5,342 bases of DNA from Escherichia phage Lilleen. The DNA is taken from the sequence record MK629526; one strand, written 5' to 3'. This document shows positions 1 through 5,342 of the stretch, piece after piece (within the stretch, counting starts at the first letter, position 1; every line of letters begins with the position of its first letter). The notes beneath the pieces were generated by a model. The model made no database searches and had not been told where the DNA came from. It saw nothing but the letters and a program-made list of their open reading frames with translations. The translations under genes and the position numbers were made by a program.

Positions 1-1635
1 ATGTCTGTAGAACTCATCAAACCGCTCGTCGAAGCCGCTGGCATGTCGACACTTACTCAATCTCCAAACCTCCGTATCTGGAAACAGGTAAACACTCGCG
101 TAAAATTACTCGAAGAAATCCTTGCTCACTGGACAAACGGAATCCGTCGCTGCCCTGAAACCCAAGACTTCTACATGAACCCAAATTCTCAACTGGCTAC
201 TACTATTGCCTATCGTGCTCATCAAAAAGGACATAACCCAAAACTCATTCAATACCCTGACACATTTACTCTCGACGACATTATTCGCCGTAAACCAATC
301 CCTCAAACTGCCCCTGACGAACTACGCCTCTCTGATGAAATCGGTGAGGATTACCGCCTTACAGTCATCGCCATTGCTGACGAACTGCAAGAATGTTACG
401 ACGTGCTCGGACAACTTGATATTAATAACACTATAGACCACACCCCTAAAGGTAACGCCCACTGGAGTATGCTTTATGATAAACCTGTTAACACCCATTG
501 GTCACAGCTCGTATCTAAACGACCCCTTAAAGATATCCGCGCCGATTACAACTATGCAAAGGCGAAGGGTATTAAGGATGAATGCTCAAAAATGCTTGAG
601 GAATCCACCATGAAATCACGCCGTGGCTTTACCGTTCAACGATTGATGAATGCTATGCGCCAAGCCCACACTGACGGCTGGTATGTTGTATTCGACACTC
701 TTACTCTTGCCGATGACCGCATACAGGCTTTCTATGATAATCCCAATGCTCTTCGTGACTACTTCCGTGATATTGGTCGTATGGTGCTTGCTGCCGAGGG
801 TCGCTCTGCTAATGACTCACACGCCGACTGCTATCAGTATTTTTGTGTTCCAGAGTATGGCACACAGCACGGTCGTCTACATTTCCACGCAGTGCACCTT
901 ATGCGCACACTTCCTCTGGGTTCTCGTGACCCTAACTTCGGTAAGCTGGTACGCACTAATCGCCAAATAAACTCCTTGCAAAACACATGGCCCTATGGCT
1001 ATTCTATGCCCATCGCAGTCCGGTACTCCCAAGACGCATTCTCGCGCGCTGGCTGGCTCTGGCCTGTTGACTCAAAGGGTGAACCCCTTAAAGCTACCTC
1101 GTATATGGCTGTCGGCTTCTACGTCGCTAAATACGTTAATAAAAAATCTGATATTGATATGGCCGCAAAAGGCCTAGGGAATAAAGAATGGAACGCATCA
1201 CTCAAGACCAAAATATCTCTCCTACCAACAAAACTATTCAGAATCCGGATGTCCCGCAACTTCGGGATGAAGATGTTATCAATGGCGCACCTGACCGCCG
1301 AAACATTAATCCAACTGACCCAGCTGGGCTACGACTCGACCCCGTTCAACAACGTCTTGAAGCAGAACGCCAAGAAAGAGCTGAAATCGAGACTGGCAAA
1401 AGCATCTGTCGCGACCGTTTTGGCGGCGCAACCTGTAACGACCAATCTGCTAAAATTTATGCGCGATTTGACCCGAACAATCGGAGCGTCCAACCTGCAG
1501 AATTTTATCGCTTCAATGACTCAGAAATTAACACTCATGGATACTTCTGATGAGACCAAAAACTACCTTGCTGCTGCAGGAATTACTACTGCTTGCTTAC
1601 GAATTAAATCGAAGTGGACTGCTGGCGGAAAATGA
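1..1635 (+). CDS. A: Replication initiation protein A (rolling-circle HUH endonuclease)
   Basis: 544-aa ORF that I recognise as phiX174/G4 protein A: HUH-type motif 'GRLHFHAVH', twin catalytic tyrosines '[10 protein letters not shown]', conserved C-terminus '[14 protein letters not shown]'. If the window is circular, GGAGG at 5331-5335 sits 7 nt upstream of the ATG at 1 and an in-frame TAA at 5325-5327 closes the frame upstream. Stop TGA 1633-1635 overlaps the C start (ATGA). Confidence 0.9.
   Translation: MSVELIKPLVEAAGMSTLTQSPNLRIWKQVNTRVKLLEEILAHWTNGIRRCPETQDFYMNPNSQLATTIAYRAHQKGHNPKLIQYPDTFTLDDIIRRKPIPQTAPDELRLSDEIGEDYRLTVIAIADELQECYDVLGQLDINNTIDHTPKGNAHWSMLYDKPVNTHWSQLVSKRPLKDIRADYNYAKAKGIKDECSKMLEESTMKSRRGFTVQRLMNAMRQAHTDGWYVVFDTLTLADDRIQAFYDNPNALRDYFRDIGRMVLAAEGRSANDSHADCYQYFCVPEYGTQHGRLHFHAVHLMRTLPLGSRDPNFGKLVRTNRQINSLQNTWPYGYSMPIAVRYSQDAFSRAGWLWPVDSKGEPLKATSYMAVGFYVAKYVNKKSDIDMAAKGLGNKEWNASLKTKISLLPTKLFRIRMSRNFGMKMLSMAHLTAETLIQLTQLGYDSTPFNNVLKQNAKKELKSRLAKASVATVLAAQPVTTNLLKFMRDLTRTIGASNLQNFIASMTQKLTLMDTSDETKNYLAAAGITTACLRIKSKWTAGGK
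412..441 (+). other. Viral (+) strand origin of rolling-circle replication (A-protein nick site)
   Basis: Exact match to the conserved microvirus 30-nt origin CAACTTGATATTAATAACACTATAGACCAC as I recall it. The nick would fall between G418 and A419. It lies inside the gene A coding sequence, as in phiX174. Confidence 0.85.
610..1635 (+). CDS. A*: A* protein (in-frame internal initiation within gene A)
   Basis: In-frame ATG at 610 ('MKSRRGF...') preceded by GAGGA at 598-602 (7-nt spacing). Gives a 341-aa product, the same length as phiX174 A* as I recall it. Confidence 0.6.
   Translation: MKSRRGFTVQRLMNAMRQAHTDGWYVVFDTLTLADDRIQAFYDNPNALRDYFRDIGRMVLAAEGRSANDSHADCYQYFCVPEYGTQHGRLHFHAVHLMRTLPLGSRDPNFGKLVRTNRQINSLQNTWPYGYSMPIAVRYSQDAFSRAGWLWPVDSKGEPLKATSYMAVGFYVAKYVNKKSDIDMAAKGLGNKEWNASLKTKISLLPTKLFRIRMSRNFGMKMLSMAHLTAETLIQLTQLGYDSTPFNNVLKQNAKKELKSRLAKASVATVLAAQPVTTNLLKFMRDLTRTIGASNLQNFIASMTQKLTLMDTSDETKNYLAAAGITTACLRIKSKWTAGGK
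977..1005 (+). promoter_or_regulatory. Candidate sigma70 promoter upstream of B (PB-like)
   Basis: TTGCAA (977-982), 17-nt spacer, TATTCT (1000-1005), inside gene A about 180 nt upstream of B. Weak match; position is analogous to phiX174 PB. Confidence 0.25.
1188..1550 (+). CDS. B: Internal scaffolding protein B
   Basis: 120-aa ORF nested in gene A in another frame. Conserved motifs 'PQLRDE', 'RFGGATC', and C-terminus 'QPAEFYRF...GYF' match phiX174 B (also 120 aa). AGGGA at 1175-1179 upstream of ATG 1188. Stop TGA 1548-1550 overlaps the K start. Confidence 0.9.
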   Translation: MERITQDQNISPTNKTIQNPDVPQLRDEDVINGAPDRRNINPTDPAGLRLDPVQQRLEAERQERAEIETGKSICRDRFGGATCNDQSAKIYARFDPNNRSVQPAEFYRFNDSEINTHGYF

Positions 1636-1714
1636 AGAAATTCAATCTTGCACTAAAGAACTCGAGAGGGTCTTACTTCGCAACCTTTCGCCATCAACTA
1701 GCAATACTCTCTAA
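1550..1714 (+). CDS. K: Protein K (small non-essential membrane protein)
   Basis: Hand translation from ATG 1550 (TGATG overlap with B stop) gives 54 aa '[54 protein letters not shown]', close to phiX174 K (56 aa). Spans the A/C junction as in phiX174. Below the ORF-track length cutoff. Confidence 0.7.
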   Translation: MRPKTTLLLQELLLLAYELNRSGLLAENEEIQSCTKELERVLLRNLSPSTSNTL

Positions 1715-1892
1715 GGCCGATGCCCTCGACGAGGAAAAATGGCTTAACATGATGGGCGCTCTTCTTAAGGACTGGTTCCGCTACGAAGAACATTTCGTAC
1801 ATGGCAAACAATCTTTAGTTGACATATTAATCGAACGGGGGTTACTATCCCCCACACAAACAACCCGTAACAACAAAGGAAATACCAAATGA
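1632..1892 (+). CDS. C: Protein C (DNA maturation / stage II to III switch)
   Basis: ATG 1632-1634 overlaps the A stop (ATGA). 86 aa '[28 protein letters not shown]...', matching phiX174 C (86 aa). Stop TGA 1890-1892 overlaps the D start. Confidence 0.9.
   Translation: MKKFNLALKNSRGSYFATFRHQLAILSKADALDEEKWLNMMGALLKDWFRYEEHFVHGKQSLVDILIERGLLSPTQTTRNNKGNTK
1819..1848 (+). promoter_or_regulatory. Candidate sigma70 promoter PD (drives D-E-J-F-G-H)
   Basis: Perfect -35 TTGACA (1819-1824), 18-nt spacer, -10 TACTAT (1843-1848), inside the 3' end of C. Same hexamers and location as the phiX174 PD promoter as I recall it. Confidence 0.55.
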
Positions 1893-2344
1893 ACTCCAAT
1901 GAATCGGCTGTAGCCTTTCAAACTGCAATCGCCTCTATCAAAATGATTCAGGCCTCATCTGTCCTCGACCTTACCGAAGACGACTTCGAATTCTTAACTG
2001 GTGACCGTGTCTGGATTGCTACCGACCGTTCTCGCGCTCGCCGTGCTGTGGAGGCCTGCGTTTATGGCACACTGGACTTTGTCGGGTATCCTCGCTTTCC
2101 TGCTCCTGTTGAGTTTATTTCTGCTGTTATCGCTTACTACGTTCATCCGGTCAACATCCAGACCGCTTGTCTCATCATGGAAGGAGCCGAGTTTACTGAA
2201 AACATCGTCAATGGCGTTGAATCCCCAGTTAAGGCTTCCGAGCTCTTCGCTTTCGTTCTCCGTGTCCGCGCTGGCTGTAAAGACGTCCTCGAAGGCGCCG
2301 AAGACAACATCCGCGCTAAACTCCGTGCCCAAGGAATCATGTAA
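1889..2344 (+). CDS. D: External scaffolding protein D
   Basis: 151-aa ORF with very strong similarity to phiX174 D ('VYGTLDFVGYPRFPAPVEFI', 'AYYVHPVNIQTACLIMEGAEFTEN'). AAGGA at 1876-1880 upstream. ATG 1889 overlaps the C stop (ATGA). Confidence 0.93.
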   Translation: MNSNESAVAFQTAIASIKMIQASSVLDLTEDDFEFLTGDRVWIATDRSRARRAVEACVYGTLDFVGYPRFPAPVEFISAVIAYYVHPVNIQTACLIMEGAEFTENIVNGVESPVKASELFAFVLRVRAGCKDVLEGAEDNIRAKLRAQGIM

Positions 2345-2357
2345 ATATTATGGCTAA
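2064..2357 (+). CDS. E: Lysis protein E (MraY inhibitor), +1 frame inside D
   Basis: ATG 2064 preceded by GGAGG at 2050-2054. 97 aa starting 'MAHWTLSGILAFLLLLSLFLLLSLTTFIRSTSRPLVSSWK', an N-terminal transmembrane helix resembling phiX174 E ('MVRWTLWDTLAFLLLLSLLLPSLLIMFIPSTFKRPVSSWK'). The ORF track's earlier start at 2001 is a GTG. Confidence 0.75.
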   Translation: MAHWTLSGILAFLLLLSLFLLLSLTTFIRSTSRPLVSSWKEPSLLKTSSMALNPQLRLPSSSLSFSVSALAVKTSSKAPKTTSALNSVPKESCKYYG

Positions 2358-2436
2358 AGGCAAATCATATCGCCGCGGTTCCGCTGGCAATAAAAAAGGC
2401 TCCCGCCTCTGGTACGTTGGCGGCTCTCAATTCTAA
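2350..2436 (+). CDS. J: Small basic DNA-binding/packaging protein J
   Basis: Hand translation gives 28 aa 'MAKGKSYRRGSAGNKKGSRLWYVGGSQF'. Basic, with the conserved C-terminal 'RLWYVGG.QF' of phiX174/G4 J. Below the ORF-track length cutoff. Confidence 0.8.
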   Translation: MAKGKSYRRGSAGNKKGSRLWYVGGSQF

Positions 2437-2444
2437 CCTTCTAT

Positions 2445-2470
2445 GTGGGACCACGGTCCCACTCTATTTA
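2445..2470 (+). terminator. Stem-loop plus T-rich tail in the J-F intergenic region (TJ-like)
   Basis: GTGGGAC (2445-2451) pairs with GTCCCAC (2456-2462) across a 4-nt loop, followed by TCTATTTA. Position corresponds to the terminator after J in phiX174. Confidence 0.4.
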
Positions 2471-2480
2471 AGGATATAAA

Positions 2481-3806
2481 ATGTCTAATGTTCAAACTTC
2501 TGCCTCTCGTGATGCAATTGATTTATCACATCTGGTCTTCAACACTGGCGCTATTGGTCGCCTTAAAGTCGCATCATGGACCCCTGTTATCGCTGGTGAT
2601 TCTTTCCAGCTTGACGCTGTTGGTGCTTTACGCTTATCCCCTCTGCGTCGCGGCTTGGCTATTGACTCAACTGTTGATTACTTCACTTTCTATATTCCAC
2701 ACCGTCATATCTATGGCGATGCATGGATTCAATTTATGAAAACTGGCGTCGCTGCCACTTCTCTTAACCCTGTAACCACTGGCGAATACGTTGATAGCGC
2801 CTCTTATCTTGGTGTAATCCCTTCCAAAGATGGCAAGGTTCCTAAGTTCCTGCATCAAGGCTATCTCAATATTTATAATAACTACTTCAAAGCTCCTTGG
2901 ATGGCTGACCGTACTGAGGCAAACCCATCTAACTTAAACGACGACGACCGTCGTCATGGCTTCCGCTGCTGCCATCTAAAAAACATATGGTCTGCACCTC
3001 TTCCTCCTCAAACGGAAATCACTCGCGCTATGGATACTGGCGCTACTTCCATTGATATCATGGGTCTTCAAGCTGCCTACGCCCAACTTCACACTGACCA
3101 AGAACGTGACTACTTCATGCAACGTTACCGTGACGTAATCTCTTCGTTCGGTGGCAAAACTCACTATGACGCTGACAACCGTCCTCTTCTGCTTATGCGC
3201 TCTAACTTCTGGGCTTCTGGCTATGACATTGACGGTACTGATCAAACCTCATTAGGTCAATTCTCTGGTCGTGTCCAACAAACATTCCGCCACTCTGTTC
3301 CTCGCTTCTTCGTACCGGAACACGGCGTTATTATGACTCTTCAACTCGTACGCTTCCCGCCTACCTGCACTGAGGAAACTCACTACCTCGTCGGCAAAGG
3401 CGCACTAAGCTATACTGACCTTGCGGGCGACCCTACTCTTTACGGTAACTTACCGCCTCGCGAAATCGAAATGAAAACTCTCTTCCGTGGCGCTGCTGGC
3501 TCTTCTGAAAAAATCAAAATTGCCGAAGGGCAATGGTATCGCTATCATCCTTCTTACGTTGATGGTCAATATCACAACCTTCAAGGGTTCCCGTTCATCC
3601 CAAATGGTCCAACTGGCAACATGGAAAACCGTGTACTGATTGACCATAAAAAATATGACGAATGCTTCCAGTCACTTCAATTAACTCACTGGAATGCCCA
3701 GGCTAAATACAATGTCACTGTATATCGACACATCCCAACTACTCGTGATAGTTACTACTACTATCACAAAGGCCGTCACTCCCGCCGCGTTGGCTCCTAT
3801 TATTAA
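2481..3806 (+). CDS. F: Major capsid protein F (C-terminal 17 aa are out-of-frame read-through into G sequence)
   Basis: 441-aa ORF, AAGGA at 2470-2474 (6-nt spacing). Strong similarity to phiX174 F along the whole length up to '...[14 protein letters not shown]' (codon about 424). After that the reading is '[17 protein letters not shown]' instead of the expected short '...IMTS*'. Those last codons overlap nucleotides that encode G in the +1 frame. Confidence 0.9.
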   Translation: MSNVQTSASRDAIDLSHLVFNTGAIGRLKVASWTPVIAGDSFQLDAVGALRLSPLRRGLAIDSTVDYFTFYIPHRHIYGDAWIQFMKTGVAATSLNPVTTGEYVDSASYLGVIPSKDGKVPKFLHQGYLNIYNNYFKAPWMADRTEANPSNLNDDDRRHGFRCCHLKNIWSAPLPPQTEITRAMDTGATSIDIMGLQAAYAQLHTDQERDYFMQRYRDVISSFGGKTHYDADNRPLLLMRSNFWASGYDIDGTDQTSLGQFSGRVQQTFRHSVPRFFVPEHGVIMTLQLVRFPPTCTEETHYLVGKGALSYTDLAGDPTLYGNLPPREIEMKTLFRGAAGSSEKIKIAEGQWYRYHPSYVDGQYHNLQGFPFIPNGPTGNMENRVLIDHKKYDECFQSLQLTHWNAQAKYNVTVYRHIPTTRDSYYYYHKGRHSRRVGSYY

Positions 3807-4236
3807 TACGCCAACCGTTGCGCGTAACAATCTCTTTGTGAACTTAACTACTACCGCCCTAACTTCTCCGGGCGGTATCTCTGCTGTTGTCGCTATCGAC
3901 AACTCTTCTCATACCGACAATCAGGTTATCTCTATTGCTGCCTCTCTTTCTACTGCTGGCAGTCTAGTACCTGTTCTTTGTCGGTTTGAATCTGCTACTG
4001 TACCAACGGCTATCCCCGCATCTGCGGTTACTTACTATCCGTTGGAATTTAAATTATCTGCTACTGCTCTATCCGTCAAGGACTGCGCTACTGTCTCTAC
4101 TATTTCTCGCTCTGGCAATCCTGTTTATGTAGGTATTGCCCTTATTGCGAAATCATTTATCGCCGATACTGTATACGGCTCTATCTCAATTAATCAGGTT
4201 GACCAAGAAATCACAACTCTGCAACCCCTCAAATAA
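3694..4236 (+). CDS. G: Major spike protein G (canonical N-terminus, RBS and start absent; true start uncertain)
   Basis: G-like sequence runs from about 3766 ('[16 protein letters not shown]...[13 protein letters not shown]...VKDCATV...NPVYVGI...LQPLK*'), matching G4/phiX174 G from roughly residue 15-20 to the C-terminus. Upstream, the frame stays open inside F to ATG 3694 (and ATG 3712) with no convincing Shine-Dalgarno. The expected 'MFQ.FIS.HN' N-terminus is absent. Confidence 0.7.
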   Translation: MPRLNTMSLYIDTSQLLVIVTTTITKAVTPAALAPIINTPTVARNNLFVNLTTTALTSPGGISAVVAIDNSSHTDNQVISIAASLSTAGSLVPVLCRFESATVPTAIPASAVTYYPLEFKLSATALSVKDCATVSTISRSGNPVYVGIALIAKSFIADTVYGSISINQVDQEITTLQPLK

Positions 4237-4246
4237 AGGAATCTCT

Positions 4247-5284
4247 ATGTTTGGTGCAATCGCTGGCGGCATCGCCTCTACTCTTGCTGGCGGTCTAATG
4301 TCCAAACTGATGGGCGGCAATAAACAAGCCGCCCCTTCAACTCCCGGACAAGGCCTCTTCGCTACCCCTGAAGCTACTATCTCTGCTGATAATGCAGGTA
4401 TTCAATCTGTTATGCAGGGACCTAACCCGCCTAGACCTGATCAGGCGGCTCCTACATTTACTGAATCTGCCGTCTCCTCACTTAAGGATGCTGGCAAAGG
4501 ACTTCTCGATGGTACTCTACAAGCTGGCGGCTCTGCTGTTCAACAAGCTCTTCTTAATAAAATTGGCCTCGGTGGCAAATCTGCTGCTGATAAAGGCAAG
4601 GATACTAAAGATTACCTTGCTTCTGCGTTCCCCGAGCTCAACCCGTGGGAACGCGCTGGCGCTGGTGCTTCCTCTGCTGGTATGGTTGACGCTGGCTTTG
4701 AAAACCAAAAACAACTAACCAAGATGCAACTTGACAACCAAGTCAAAATCGCTAAGATGCAAAACGACACTCAAAAGGATATCGCTGGTATCCAGTCTGC
4801 CACATCACGCATGAACACTAAGGACTCTGTATATGCTCAAAACGAAATGCTCCAATACAACCAAAAGGAATCTATGTCACGTGTTGGCGCTATTCTCGAA
4901 AACACAAGCCTCACCAAACAACAACAAACTTCTGAAATTATGCGCCAAATGCTTACTCAGGCTCAAACCTCAGGACAACACTTTACTAACGCTCAAATCC
5001 AAGAACTTACTCGAAAAGTCGGTGCTGATATTGATGCTGTTCGTGCTAACACTCAACGCACCAATGTAGAAACTGACCGCTCTAAACAGGAAGTCCAAAA
5101 CTCACGTTACGCATCATCACAGGTCGGTAAAACCGCCAAGGACGTATCAAATGTCATTAGTGACGCATCTTCTGGTATTGTTGATTATTTTCGTGGCGTT
5201 GATAAAGCTGTGGCTGACACTTGGAACAATTATTGGAAAGATGGTAAAGCCGACGGAGTAGGCTCCAACATGTCTCGCAAATAG
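4247..5284 (+). CDS. H: Minor spike / DNA pilot protein H
   Basis: ATG 4247 preceded by AGGA at 4237-4240. 345 aa '[11 protein letters not shown]...[22 protein letters not shown]...[26 protein letters not shown]', collinear with phiX174 H. The ORF-track start at 4136 is a TTG in the G 3' end and is not used. Confidence 0.9.
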   Translation: MFGAIAGGIASTLAGGLMSKLMGGNKQAAPSTPGQGLFATPEATISADNAGIQSVMQGPNPPRPDQAAPTFTESAVSSLKDAGKGLLDGTLQAGGSAVQQALLNKIGLGGKSAADKGKDTKDYLASAFPELNPWERAGAGASSAGMVDAGFENQKQLTKMQLDNQVKIAKMQNDTQKDIAGIQSATSRMNTKDSVYAQNEMLQYNQKESMSRVGAILENTSLTKQQQTSEIMRQMLTQAQTSGQHFTNAQIQELTRKVGADIDAVRANTQRTNVETDRSKQEVQNSRYASSQVGKTAKDVSNVISDASSGIVDYFRGVDKAVADTWNNYWKDGKADGVGSNMSRK

Positions 5285-5285
5285 C

Positions 5286-5315
5286 TTGACAATCACATCA
5301 TAAATCCTATCTAAT
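5286..5315 (+). promoter_or_regulatory. Candidate sigma70 promoter PA (gene A promoter)
   Basis: Perfect -35 TTGACA (5286-5291) just after the H stop, 18-nt spacer, -10 TCTAAT (5310-5315). Position corresponds to phiX174 PA in the H-A intergenic region. Confidence 0.4.
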
Positions 5316-5342
5316 AGCCTCCATTAACACGGAGGCTTTAAC
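5316..5342 (+). terminator. H-A intergenic hairpin (TH-like terminator; 3' arm contains the gene A Shine-Dalgarno)
   Basis: AGCCTCC (5316-5322) pairs with GGAGGCT (5331-5337) across an 8-nt loop, followed by TTTAAC and then, across the circular junction, the A start codon. phiX174 has the analogous 'GCCTCC...GGAGGCTTTTTTATG' arrangement. Confidence 0.45.

Noticed and set aside
650-970. 106-aa hydrophobic + strand ORF inside gene A (also 206-436 and 995-1177)
   Set aside because: These are alternative-frame ORFs within A with no RBS and no resemblance to B, K or any known microvirus protein. The real nested gene B is in a different location (1188-1550).
1614-1634. Longer C ORF starting at 1614, and similarly H at 4136 and E at 2001
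   Set aside because: The ORF-track starts are GTG or TTG codons. In each case a downstream ATG (1632, 4247, 2064) matches the phiX174 protein N-terminus and has the expected stop-start overlap or SD.
2443-2739. 98-aa hydrophobic + strand ORF starting in the J-F spacer and overlapping the F start
   Set aside because: It is an alternative frame of the highly conserved F N-terminal coding region. The T-rich third codon positions of F produce Leu/Phe-rich alternative-frame ORFs. No microvirus gene is known here and the ATG sits inside the terminator hairpin.
3694-3750. Possible native G N-terminus '[11 protein letters not shown]' (faint resemblance to G4 '...INSTQLA')
   Set aside because: These nucleotides are the conserved F C-terminal codons ('[15 protein letters not shown]') read in the +1 frame, so the resemblance is most likely coincidental. 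The canonical 'MFQ.FIS.HN' start is not found anywhere in the window.
1994-3902. Several minus-strand ORFs of 63-112 aa (for example 1994-2332, 2143-2340, 2976-3245, 3450-3647, 3681-3902)
   Set aside because: All known Bullavirinae genes are on the viral (+) strand. Each of these lies antisense to the conserved D, F or G coding sequence.
4392-5069. + strand ORFs of 108 aa and 78 aa inside gene H
   Set aside because: Alternative-frame ORFs within H with no RBS and no known counterpart.
1-5342. Searched for CRISPR repeats, tRNA-like structures, transposase or integrase genes, toxin-antitoxin or defense cassettes
   Set aside because: None seen. The whole window is accounted for by the 11 microvirus genes and short intergenic regulatory regions, so there is no room for an accessory system.

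Overview
The window reads as a complete, circularly permuted genome of a phiX174/G4-type microvirus (Microviridae, Bullavirinae), linearised at the gene A start codon. All genes are on the + strand in the canonical order A(A*)-B-K-C-D-E-J-F-G-H, with the usual nested and overlapping genes (B inside A, K across the A/C junction, E inside D) and ATGA / TGATG stop-start overlaps. The conserved 30-nt viral-strand origin lies inside gene A. I see no CRISPR, tRNA/rRNA, transposon or defense-system signal, so the 'new system' here is not a novel gene cassette. The most striking observation is structural: the F-G boundary is collapsed. Gene F has no stop codon at its conserved C-terminus, there is no F-G intergenic region, and the G reading frame lacks its canonical N-terminus and ribosome-binding site. 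F instead runs out of frame into G-coding sequence for 17 codons. This looks like a deletion of roughly 150-230 bp, which in phiX174 and G4 is the region carrying the complementary-strand origin. I cannot tell from sequence alone whether this is a natural defective variant, an assembly artefact, or an engineered or designed genome. Secondary observations concern lysis protein E (no proline at the position of phiX174 Pro21, His3 and Phe19 present), an expanded N-terminal domain in A relative to phiX174, and an intermediate-length J protein. All protein comparisons are from my memory of the phiX174 and G4 sequences, not from a database search.
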